Positions 1 through 8,738 of a stretch of DNA of 64,000 nucleotides are shown piece after piece; position 1 is the first letter of the stretch, and every line of letters starts with the position of its first letter. Where the stretch lies: assembly GCA_045628045.1 (NCBI GenBank), contig JAZQOV010000003.1:85773-149772 (forward strand), written 5' to 3'. The stretch is from Bacilli bacterium (GTDB lineage: Bacteria; Bacillota_I; Bacilli_A; RFN20; CAG-826). The notes beneath the pieces were generated by a model. The model worked only from the letters and a program-made list of their open reading frames with translations. It made no database searches and was not told the origin of the DNA. Both the position numbers and the translations under genes were made by a program.

Positions 1-258
1 TCTTGGAGCATGTACTAAAACTATAGTTTTAGCACCGTACATAACATCTCTTTTTTCTAAAGTTTTTCCGAGTTCTCTCAAAGCCTCTATTTTAGACGCT
101 CTTCTTACCGCTGTAATTTTAGCAATTTGTCTATTCATTGCGCTTGGAGCGCTTTGACCTGCGAGTAAAATCTCATTTAATTTTTTAGGAGAAACTTTCT
201 TATCACTATATTCTCTACAAGAAACTCTTCCCTTAATAACATCAATAACTTTTGCCAT
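1..258 (-). CDS. Nitroreductase family protein (N-terminal part; runs off window start)
   Basis: Manual translation from ATG 258: MAKVIDVIKGRVSCREYSDKKV...ILLAGQSAPSAMNRQ, matching nitroreductase R-S-x-R-x-Y and APSAxNxQ motifs; GGAG RBS upstream. Confidence 0.85.
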   Translation of the reverse strand, partial: MAKVIDVIKGRVSCREYSDKKVSPKKLNEILLAGQSAPSAMNRQIAKITAVRRASKIEALRELGKTLEKRDVMYGAKTIVLVHAPR

Positions 259-291
259 AAATAATTCTCCACTATTAATTTTTTCTACAAT

Positions 292-1146
292 TTATTCAAT
301 CTCCTCATAATAATATGAAGTATCGATTCCTTTCATAAATAATTCTCTATCATCGATTTGATCAGTTAATGCATTTTTAAGAAGGAATTTAATTTTATTA
401 TCTTTTATTTGGCTTTCTTTCATAGCATCGAAATAATCTGCTTTTTCTATCTTAGACCAATCTACACACTTTTTAAGATTTTTAATAAAAATTAAATCTA
501 GCCAAATACGCGTCGATCTTCCATTACCTTCCATAAAAGGATGTGCAATATTCATTTCAACATACTTTTCTACAATGTGATCAAATGTGTCTTCAGGCAT
601 TTTATCTATTGTTGGAAGAATCTGAGGTAAAAAATCACCATTCGCAAAAACAAAACCACCTTTAGAAATTGTTTTTGATCTTATCTGACCGGCGAAAGGA
701 TATAATCCTTCAAATAAATAAGCATGTATTTTTTGAAGACAAACAGTTGTCCCAATTTCATCGCTATAAATAAGTTCTGTTTTGTAAAATTGATAAGCTT
801 TTCTTTTACTTTGCTCATCAATTGGATCAAGCATTCCTTTTATCCAATCGCTGATTTCTTTTTTATATTTTGAAGGAATTATTGTAATTAAAAGTCTAAC
901 CCCTTCTTCATTAATAACTTCAGAAAGATATTTTTTACCATCGTCAGCATACAATTTCAGTTGTCCACAAAATGAAGACAACTCAGGATTTCTCACTTTA
1001 ACATTATTCCAATACCTACGCGGAGAATTAGGGTCTACTAAAACTGCGATAAAATCAACTGCTGAATACCACCAGATTGACTTTTCATTATCCCAAACAG
1101 CTTGTATTTGTTTATTGTTAAAATATCTGATTGGATGTTTTATCAT
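292..1146 (-). CDS. BRO-N-like domain + Fic domain protein (class III-like AMPylase)
   Basis: Fic motif HPFMEGNGRSTR; C-terminal SYYYE inhibitory-helix-like motif; N-terminal BRO-like segment (WWYSAVDFIAVL...RRYW). Start placed at ATG 1146, 7 nt after TGTTATCAT. Confidence 0.85.
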   Translation of the reverse strand: MIKHPIRYFNNKQIQAVWDNEKSIWWYSAVDFIAVLVDPNSPRRYWNNVKVRNPELSSFCGQLKLYADDGKKYLSEVINEEGVRLLITIIPSKYKKEISDWIKGMLDPIDEQSKRKAYQFYKTELIYSDEIGTTVCLQKIHAYLFEGLYPFAGQIRSKTISKGGFVFANGDFLPQILPTIDKMPEDTFDHIVEKYVEMNIAHPFMEGNGRSTRIWLDLIFIKNLKKCVDWSKIEKADYFDAMKESQIKDNKIKFLLKNALTDQIDDRELFMKGIDTSYYYEEIE

Positions 1147-1213
1147 ATTATATATGATAACATAACATAATTCAGTTGTCCACAAAATTGGACAACTTAA
1201 AAGACCACAAAAC

Positions 1214-3331
1214 TTATTTAGTGATTGTTATTTTTGTTGAACTATCACTATAAACATAGACAGTACCGTGACTATATTTGGTCTCTGTTTGTAATGCAGA
1301 TCCATCAGGAAGTGTAATGGTAAAAACGCCAGAACCCGAAATGCTTAAAGTATATGAATTAATTCCGGAACCTTTTGTTGGTGTTTTCTCAGTTTTTCCA
1401 AAAGCAATAAAGGTACCACCATTAATTGTCGCAGCTCCATCTGTGTCTAAACCTGTGGACATTCCACCGTTTGCACCTTTAGTGATAACAGTCCCACCAG
1501 TTTGTAAGAATGAACCATTTGAATCAATGCCATCAACGTCTTGTCCATTTACTGTGACATCAAGAATTCCACCAGTTACTCTAATTTGTGGAGTTTGATT
1601 AATTTTCTCTGATGCATTTATTCCGTCATCTGTTGCATACACTTTAGTGTATCCACCATCAATATTAATGAAGTTTGCTTCTAAACCTTCATAGGCGTTT
1701 TTAACGTCTATAGTTCCATCGCTTATTGTTAAAGTGTTATCAGCATGAATGGCATCATCTGATGAATAAATTTCATATGTGCCACCACTAATTTTTATGT
1801 TGCCTACTCCAGTTGAACCATTTTCAAGAGCGGTTCCGTTATTTGCGTGAATTCCATCATCATAAGATTTAATGAAATATTTCCCTGCACTTAAGATAAT
1901 TTCATTTTCAGCTTTAATTCCTTTTGCAGAGTAATCGGCTTTATCATTGTTCCCTTCACTCATTCCACCTGGGCCACCACCTGGACCACCTCCAGGTCCA
2001 CCTTGTTGAGATGATTGATAATTTGACCAGCCAGATGTTGTAATACTTGATGTAGAAGCTGAAACATTAACTGTGTCATACGAAGTGCTTAAAGTAGCAA
2101 AATTGCCCATCTTGCTTGTAGCATTTTCTTCAGTCAAATCTGTCACACTGTTAGCGAATAAGCACAGCTTAAATGATGTGGCACCACTTGGTCTAGTAGC
2201 TTGATAATAGTAGTTTCTAGAGAAACCGCCTTGGCCACTAGTGACTGCGGTAGCTTTAGTCCAATATGTTTCATAATTAGAATTCAAATACTCAACTCCA
2301 AAGAAATAATTTCCAATATTGGAACTAGTTTTAATATAAAGTTTTGAATCGCTGGATTCGATAATATCGCTAGTATATTCAGAATATTTTGAAGTATAGA
2401 TGTTAATAATTGGATCATCTCCACCTTCTACTTTGCTAATTTCGATATTATATGACGCCTCAATTGCGTCTTTTGCGCTATATATGTCTAATTGTCCACC
2501 AGTGATTGAAATGGTTCCTCTTTGTTTGCCTTTTGAAGATACATCTGTGTTCTCTGTTTTCACTGCGTTTCCACCAGTAGAAATTAAAACCATATTTCCA
2601 CTTTCAATTTCAATTGAGTCATTTCCTTTTAAACAGTTATTGACTGCTTTGATTTGAACTGATGAATTGTTATTTACTTCTGGTTTAATTTTTAAATCAT
2701 CTTTGGTGTGAATTCCGTTGTTGTAATTTCCAATCACAGCAAGAGATCCTTTACCGCTTAATTTTAAGTCACAATCACTAGTGATTGCACCATTACCTTG
2801 TGCGTCATTATCTTCGGTTTTAATAGATCTAGTGTCATAAACAAAATTTTCAGTTCCTTTTTTAATTGAAACTTGTAATTCACTAGCATTTACACATTTT
2901 ATTGGAGAATCAGTGTTTGATTTAATTGTAAAACCTTCTAATGAAATTTTTACTTCATCATCGTCTCCAGCATTGACTAATATGTTTCCTTCAAATTGTC
3001 CTTTGAATGAAAATTCTCCAGCGGCAGAAATAATAAAAACTTTATTAGTACTATCATAAGATATTCCGTCTTTTATTGTTGTGATTTCACCAATTTCAGA
3101 ATCGGTAATCTCTACATCATCTACATCATCATCAATTTTAATTTCAATTTCTGTGTCGCTTGTTTCGCTACCTATTCCTTGATCTTGATGAAATGATTCT
3201 TCATTGTTACCAAAATGACTTGAAAACCATTGATCAATCTTGGAAAACGGATTTAATGGGCTTTCATCTTTTAGACCACACGCTGTCAAAAGAAAAACTG
3301 GCATTAATAATAAAAATTTCTTTTTCCTCAT
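1214..3331 (-). CDS. Cthe_2159/DUF4353-like beta-helix carbohydrate-binding lipoprotein
   Basis: Lipobox LLTAC; repeated DGIHA/DAIEA/DGIDSNG and I-x-GG-x-I-x-I beta-helix motifs; GGPG low-complexity linker. Confidence 0.8.
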   Translation of the reverse strand: MRKKKFLLLMPVFLLTACGLKDESPLNPFSKIDQWFSSHFGNNEESFHQDQGIGSETSDTEIEIKIDDDVDDVEITDSEIGEITTIKDGISYDSTNKVFIISAAGEFSFKGQFEGNILVNAGDDDEVKISLEGFTIKSNTDSPIKCVNASELQVSIKKGTENFVYDTRSIKTEDNDAQGNGAITSDCDLKLSGKGSLAVIGNYNNGIHTKDDLKIKPEVNNNSSVQIKAVNNCLKGNDSIEIESGNMVLISTGGNAVKTENTDVSSKGKQRGTISITGGQLDIYSAKDAIEASYNIEISKVEGGDDPIINIYTSKYSEYTSDIIESSDSKLYIKTSSNIGNYFFGVEYLNSNYETYWTKATAVTSGQGGFSRNYYYQATRPSGATSFKLCLFANSVTDLTEENATSKMGNFATLSTSYDTVNVSASTSSITTSGWSNYQSSQQGGPGGGPGGGPGGMSEGNNDKADYSAKGIKAENEIILSAGKYFIKSYDDGIHANNGTALENGSTGVGNIKISGGTYEIYSSDDAIHADNTLTISDGTIDVKNAYEGLEANFINIDGGYTKVYATDDGINASEKINQTPQIRVTGGILDVTVNGQDVDGIDSNGSFLQTGGTVITKGANGGMSTGLDTDGAATINGGTFIAFGKTEKTPTKGSGINSYTLSISGSGVFTITLPDGSALQTETKYSHGTVYVYSDSSTKITITK

Positions 3332-3777
3332 TTTTTAATTCTCCCTATATTTTCTACAAGATACTCTATATATCTTTTCAAGAATGAAATAGATATATCT
3401 ATTTCTTCTTTTTGAAATCGTTTAATATCCTCTTCCTCAAGCTTAATGATGTTGTCGTATTTCTCATCCCACACCTTAAGACCTAGTTCGGTTAATTCAA
3501 TTCTTTTAACTCGTTTATCTTCTGGATCAACATTGAGTTTAATTAATCCTTGTTTTTTAAATTTTAGAACAACATTATGAACAACTTGTTTTACTTCGTT
3601 TGTAAATATGACTAATTGTTTTTGAGTAAGCTCACCATGTCCTAAGAAAATAAGGTGCATTACTTTAAACTCAAAAGGATTCACTCCAAAAATCTTTGCT
3701 GCTTCAGTGTATACAGCATTTAGTGAATAGTAGGTTTTCTTTAATTCAATTAGTTCTTTTTTCATAAAATTAGTCAA
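3328..3777 (-). CDS. MarR family transcriptional regulator
   Basis: LTQKQL...DPEDKRVKRIELTELG winged-helix signature; alternative ATG start at 3765. Confidence 0.85.
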   Translation of the reverse strand: MTNFMKKELIELKKTYYSLNAVYTEAAKIFGVNPFEFKVMHLIFLGHGELTQKQLVIFTNEVKQVVHNVVLKFKKQGLIKLNVDPEDKRVKRIELTELGLKVWDEKYDNIIKLEEEDIKRFQKEEIDISISFLKRYIEYLVENIGRIKK

Positions 3778-3926
3778 TATTCTTTACTAATTTAGAATAT
3801 ACAAAATCTAATTTTTTGCAATTATTTATTTAAATTTTGTTTATATATATCAATTAAATTGATATAAAATAATTATCAAATACCAAACCTAATGCAATTA
3901 TAAACTGCATTGATTTCACATTAAAT

Positions 3927-4610
3927 TTACCTTTTCTGTTTATTTCTTCTTTTTCTAAGAAACACGAATAAGAAAGCACCACAAGTTACAACGGCTACAC
4001 CACTTACTACACTTATAATAATGATTGAACCATCACTAATAAATGCCCCTACATTATTTGATTTATCACCGTAATAACGGATTGTAATTGATTTAATACA
4101 TTTATCAAAACCACCATTGCCAAATACTACAAAGCAAGGATTACTAATAGATGCATTTTCATCCTCTACAAAGTTTTGATTAGGATCATTAAAAAACAGG
4201 ACTCCAGACTTGTCATTTAAAGTATAAGAAATGGTTACATATGAATCGTTAAATCTCTCAGCATAAATAGAATAAATATTGTTCAAAGTTAAATTTAAGC
4301 TATAACCCCAATCTGTTTCATTTGCAAAAGAAATATATTCTGGCGTTGTTGCAATTAAACAACTAGAAGTGCACTTAAACGGAATTTTTTGGCCTACATC
4401 ATCAAAAATAAATCCTTTATAAATAGGTTTTTCATTCGGGAAATGATTATGCTCATAGTCGAAAATAATAGTCCTTAATTTGCTCTCATCAATTTTTCCG
4501 TCAGCCGAAGCTGGTAAAGGTTTTAAATTTCCTAAAAATGCTAGACCACCCACTAATGCTAGTGACGCAAAACATATTGCTAATTTTTTGAATATATTTT
4601 TCATTTTCAT
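3927..4610 (-). CDS. Secreted protein with C-terminal membrane anchor
   Basis: Signal peptide ending PASA; C-terminal TM helix plus basic tail RKRRNKQKR; ATG overlaps the upstream TGA (ATGA). Confidence 0.7.
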   Translation of the reverse strand: MKMKNIFKKLAICFASLALVGGLAFLGNLKPLPASADGKIDESKLRTIIFDYEHNHFPNEKPIYKGFIFDDVGQKIPFKCTSSCLIATTPEYISFANETDWGYSLNLTLNNIYSIYAERFNDSYVTISYTLNDKSGVLFFNDPNQNFVEDENASISNPCFVVFGNGGFDKCIKSITIRYYGDKSNNVGAFISDGSIIIISVVSGVAVVTCGAFLFVFLRKRRNKQKR

Positions 4611-5257
4611 GCCTCGCATTTAGCATTATTATCGTTTTTACATATTCTTTTTATTAAGAACATGAATGGAACAAACACTAATGAAGGTAATAAGAAAGCA
4701 ATAACATAGTGATTGCACACTGCAAAGTAGTTATAAATTGAATGATATATTATAGCGACAGCCACAAGACCAACAGAGCCCGAAACAAAAAGTTTCTTTC
4801 TGTTTAAGATGAATGATAAGCCAAAACCAACCGCCAGAGTGGTAATAACATGCATCATTCCTGAACCGAACGCTCTTAATATTGCGGTAATTACATCAAT
4901 TTGTTCAGCACGAGATGCAATAACAAATGCGTTTTCTAATATTGCAAAACCAACACCGATTGCAATTGATCGCTCAATTAAATCTTGTCTTGAAGGATGC
5001 ATAACGAATGTACAAATAAAAATAGGTATAATTTTAAGTATTTCCTCAATTATTGGAGAAAATGTTGTGACATATGTTGCTTGTGAATATTTTGTATTCT
5101 TAAAAATAATTCCATTAATTTCACCACATAATAATGCAACAGTTAATCCAATAATAACAAAGCAAACGAGTGATTTTGTCTTACTCTTGGTCATTATAAG
5201 TACAATAAGTAAAGGGACTGTAATACTTAAATACAAAAACAGATTTAAAAATTCCAT
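4607..5257 (-). CDS. PrsW family glutamic-type intramembrane protease
   Basis: SPIIEEILK (EExxK), GVGFAILEN (FxxxEN), MMH and HSIYN motifs; start at MEFLNL (ATG 5257). Confidence 0.85.
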   Translation of the reverse strand: MEFLNLFLYLSITVPLLIVLIMTKSKTKSLVCFVIIGLTVALLCGEINGIIFKNTKYSQATYVTTFSPIIEEILKIIPIFICTFVMHPSRQDLIERSIAIGVGFAILENAFVIASRAEQIDVITAILRAFGSGMMHVITTLAVGFGLSFILNRKKLFVSGSVGLVAVAIIYHSIYNYFAVCNHYVIAFLLPSLVFVPFMFLIKRICKNDNNAKCEA

Positions 5258-5889
5258 TTTTTTGCTCCCTTTGCGCTTGTATAAGATAGACCTAAAATTA
5301 TAAGTGCGATTAGTAAATCGCCCACACCAGATAAGATTCCAGTCTTTAACCAACTTAAAATATCTAAATTAACAAAAACACAATAAAGTAAAATGAAAAT
5401 ATCATTCAACAATAAACCATTTTTTAGGCCAAGTTCATCATTTTGAGACAATAAGCGTTTAACAACAAAATATACTACAAAAGCTAGTGGAATTTGAATC
5501 GCAACAAAAAGATAAAATACAAAATTTGTAGGCTTAAAACAAAAGAAACCAACAACAAAAGAAATGCCGAATTGAAGTAAACCAGATATTGCACTAATTA
5601 TGATGTATTTAGTTTTTGGCTTATCAAATAACTTCTCTAAAGCGCCCCTATTTGCGCAAAATAAGAAAATGTTGCAACCAAGCAATCCAAAGAAACTTGT
5701 ATTGAAATAAATCTCATTAATATTGCAACAAGACATTACGATACCTGTTAAATAAAAAAGTAAAAAACATCCAATTGCACAAACAATAATTTGAAAATAC
5801 AGAGGCTTTCCTTTTCTCCAAAGTGTTATGACACCAAAAATAAAGGAGATTAATAATATTGAAAGTGTAGCAATCTTAAAACCAATCAT
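5245..5889 (-). CDS. Multi-pass membrane protein, unknown function
   Basis: About 7 hydrophobic segments; overlaps the prsW-like start. Confidence 0.7.
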   Translation of the reverse strand: MIGFKIATLSILLISFIFGVITLWRKGKPLYFQIIVCAIGCFLLFYLTGIVMSCCNINEIYFNTSFFGLLGCNIFLFCANRGALEKLFDKPKTKYIIISAISGLLQFGISFVVGFFCFKPTNFVFYLFVAIQIPLAFVVYFVVKRLLSQNDELGLKNGLLLNDIFILLYCVFVNLDILSWLKTGILSGVGDLLIALIILGLSYTSAKGAKKWNF

Positions 5890-5909
5890 TTTTAATGTCA
5901 GAACTAAGA

Positions 5910-7337
5910 TTAATTCTCAGCTCGATTACTAGCTCCTTTTCTTTTCTTAAAATATAAAATCATAAATCCAACCGTTGTTACAAGGAATACTCCTGCAGTG
6001 ACGGAGAGCAAAATAATAAGCGAACCGCTTGACATAAGGGTTCCGTTTCCGTCAGAAGGCGTATTATTGTAAAAGGTACAATCTTTTGTAAATGTAAAAT
6101 CATCACTTGAAGCATAGACAAGATAGTATGCGCCGCCTTCTTTTGATGCTTTGCAATCATGTATTTCTAAACACCATAAAGATTGATTTCTATCATTTCC
6201 ATATACGCCACCGCCGTATTCTGCAGAACAATTAAATATTGTTATGTGGTCTAAATCGTTATTAAATCCAGAAGCGTAAATGCCACCACCATATCTACCA
6301 GCTTCACAACCCGAGATTTCTAAAAATGAAGACAAACTTCCATACAAACTTCCTTGCTCACAATCGCTATAAATAGCACCACCATCAAATTTGGCAGTAC
6401 AATCCTTAATTGATGTTTTGTCAAAAGAGCATCTTTGAAATGCATATTGACTTCTTTGATAATCGTAAGCCAAGTTATCTTCTATATAAATAGCACCACC
6501 ATAATATGCTGAACAACCTTCAAAAGTTGATCCTTTTACAGTAAGAATTGGATTGTTACCACCATGAATGATATCTTCAAGATAAACCGCGCCACCATAA
6601 TATGATTGACAATCATTAAATGTGCACCCAGTTAAAGATATGGTGTTGATTTTTTCCATGCAAATTGCACCACCATATCCTGTCGAACAACAATTTTCGA
6701 ATTTACAATTTACAAAACTTGCATCATGACAACCGTCACCCATTGCAAATATTGGGTAAGATAAATTAGTTTTGAAACCAAGAATTGTGGTGTTATACAC
6801 GTCTAATCTACCGGTATCAACCCAAATTGAACAATTGTATTCATCGCCTGAACGTGAAGTTTTAATTGTTCCACCGTCGCCATTAATGGTAAGACTATAA
6901 TCTAATTTCCAATAGTCGCCGTGATTTATTTCTAAGGTTTTTCCGTGTAAATTGATTGTTATCGGCATAGGTAAATTATTACAAAGTTTCAAACTTCTGA
7001 TGACATAGTCTTTTTCAAGATCAATAATACACTTTAACGAGGTTTTTTCACTCCAATAACTATAATAATTTGAATGCATTTCTTGAAAGGTATAATCCAT
7101 GTTTTTATCTTTGAGTTCATAAATCATGTCTTCACCTTCATATACTCTAACTACTAATCCACTAACATCTAAGTGTGGAATATCTTTAGAAATCCCAATT
7201 GTTCTAACTGGCATTTCAGATTCAGTGTCAGCATGTACAGGAGCTATTTTATTAGAACTTCTTATGCATAAATTTGTGCCAACAACCATAAACGTGCAAA
7301 ATAAACCAACTAAAATTGTTTTTGTTATTTTTCTCAT
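5910..7337 (-). CDS. Right-handed beta-helix (Pmp-like GGAIY repeat) surface protein with C-terminal anchor
   Basis: Signal peptide ending VHA; repeats F-x-x-C...YGGAIY/GGAVY/GGGIY; C-terminal TM plus KKRK. Confidence 0.8.
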   Translation of the reverse strand: MRKITKTILVGLFCTFMVVGTNLCIRSSNKIAPVHADTESEMPVRTIGISKDIPHLDVSGLVVRVYEGEDMIYELKDKNMDYTFQEMHSNYYSYWSEKTSLKCIIDLEKDYVIRSLKLCNNLPMPITINLHGKTLEINHGDYWKLDYSLTINGDGGTIKTSRSGDEYNCSIWVDTGRLDVYNTTILGFKTNLSYPIFAMGDGCHDASFVNCKFENCCSTGYGGAICMEKINTISLTGCTFNDCQSYYGGAVYLEDIIHGGNNPILTVKGSTFEGCSAYYGGAIYIEDNLAYDYQRSQYAFQRCSFDKTSIKDCTAKFDGGAIYSDCEQGSLYGSLSSFLEISGCEAGRYGGGIYASGFNNDLDHITIFNCSAEYGGGVYGNDRNQSLWCLEIHDCKASKEGGAYYLVYASSDDFTFTKDCTFYNNTPSDGNGTLMSSGSLIILLSVTAGVFLVTTVGFMILYFKKRKGASNRAEN

Positions 7338-7545
7338 TTTAAATTTAACCTCGAAATTTACGTTATTTTATTTTATAGTATTTTATACTAAAAGTACAAT
7401 AGATTTGTAACCCTCATGCTCGTTATATCGTAAAAGAAATTAAACGTCAAAAATCTATAGAAAAATAGAATTTTCTTGGCCAAATTTCAGAGAAGACATC
7501 GAGTATATTTCTTCTCGTTACGACGGTTAACCATCAGTTCTTCCT

Positions 7546-7688
7546 GGAGGTTCGCTAGGTTCAAGCCTCTAAACCAAACAAAAAGACACCAAAAGGTGTC
7601 TGTTATTGTCTTGTCTTGCTGCAACAAAGTTAATATTTTTTATAACAAGTGCAACGAAGTTAATAGATTGAACGCGACGAAGTTAATA
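7546..7688. repeat. Module A copy 1: hairpin + terminator + TGTCTT + three 15-bp direct repeats
   Basis: TGTCTT at 7607/7612; GCAACAAAGTTAATA 7621, GCAACGAAGTTAATA 7651, GCGACGAAGTTAATA 7674; homologous to 10285-10425. Confidence 0.9.
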
Positions 7689-8195
7689 TATTCTTTCCAA
7701 TATTGGAGTAACTTCAATTATATTTTTACTTTTATCAAGATGGTTTTTGTCCAAAACTGTCTTTGGTCTAACGCAGTATTTAGCATCAATAAAACCAATA
7801 GTACATTCTCCATTAGTAGTTGCAATAGTACATGAGACTTTGCCTTTTTCAAATTTTTCTTGGAATAATAATTTTTGTTCAAATACTGAATCAAAATTAA
7901 CAAGATGTTTGAGCTTTTGCCTAACAAAACCTTTTATTTCTTTTGATGAATCACAATCAAAATCGTCTTCCGCAATAGACTCATTAACACATCTATCAAA
8001 AAACTCTTCAGCACTTAAATTAGTTTTTACACCAGTTAGATGTAGAAAATTAGTCTTATAAAATCTCAAAATATATTTGTCAGAAACAACAAAAAGATTT
8101 GAAGAAACAGTTATTTTTACATTTAATAATTTTGAATAACTTTTTGCTGCATCAACTAGTTGATTTCTTGTTCTTGTTTTAAATGAGATCTGCAT
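7683..8195 (-). CDS. PBECR4 domain protein (predicted BECR-fold RNase)
   Basis: FYKTNFLHLTGV, F...C, QKL and P-K-T-V-L motifs typical of PBECR4; likely start ATG 8195 (MQISFK) after the leader U-tract. Confidence 0.75.
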   Translation of the reverse strand: MQISFKTRTRNQLVDAAKSYSKLLNVKITVSSNLFVVSDKYILRFYKTNFLHLTGVKTNLSAEEFFDRCVNESIAEDDFDCDSSKEIKGFVRQKLKHLVNFDSVFEQKLLFQEKFEKGKVSCTIATTNGECTIGFIDAKYCVRPKTVLDKNHLDKSKNIIEVTPILERIY

Positions 8196-8202
8196 AAGTA
8201 AT

Positions 8203-8303
8203 AAAAAAAGCGTTTTAAGGTGCGCCACCACGACTTGGACAGGTTTAAGGTCTCTGGCCCGACGAATTGGGTGGTCTTTTTATGTCTCCCATCCCTCTTG
8301 ACA
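8203..8303 (-). ncRNA. Putative structured leader/antitoxin RNA with ~2.7 degenerate pseudoknot-like repeats
   Basis: GC-rich ~100 nt between the promoter and a U7 tract; repeated GAGAC, ACCUUAAA and CCAA(U/G)UCGU; last unit GGUG-GCG-CACC-UUAAAA-CGC can form an H-type pseudoknot. Confidence 0.6.
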
Positions 8304-8308
8304 CTTAG

Positions 8309-8337
8309 ATTATAACAAAGTAATAAAAAAGATGCAA
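8309..8337 (-). promoter_or_regulatory. Sigma-70/SigA promoter for the leader RNA and PBECR4 gene
   Basis: TTGCAT-17 nt-TATAAT with extended TG; -35 lies inside palindrome AGATGCAATTAAATGCATCT. Confidence 0.8.
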
Positions 8338-8359
8338 TTAAATGCATCTCAAATTTTCT

Positions 8360-8435
8360 TGTCTTATTGCAACGAAGTTAATATTTCAAATCTTCACTGC
8401 AACGAAGTTAATAGTCGCTAGCAACGAAGTTAACA
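8360..8435. repeat. Module A copy 2: TGTCTT + three 15-bp direct repeats
   Basis: TGTCTT at 8360; GCAACGAAGTTAA(T/C)A at 8369, 8399 and 8421; a degenerate single-site copy lies at 8525-8548. Confidence 0.9.
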
Positions 8436-8738
8436 TATGTTTTTCGCGCTTTTCGACACTAAAATGATAACTTTTATAATTTAATGTTTCAACAACCAAT
8501 TATCATAATTTCATTGTATTAATATGTCTTGTTGTAACAAAATTAACACAATCAATTTAAATTTTTAAAAAAATAAAACTGTTATGATTACTTGTCTCAT
8601 CTTTATCGCAATAATGATTTTTTAACCAAAACGAACGGACATGATAACTTTATCTGAACAACAATCTTATATCACAGATTTTCAATAAAAAAGCAGGACT
8701 ATAAGTCCTGCTAAATACATCAAACATCTATTGTGATA

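Noticed and set aside
1965-2005. GGPG tandem repeat in the Cthe_2159-like gene
   Set aside because: Low-complexity Gly/Pro linker common in this family.
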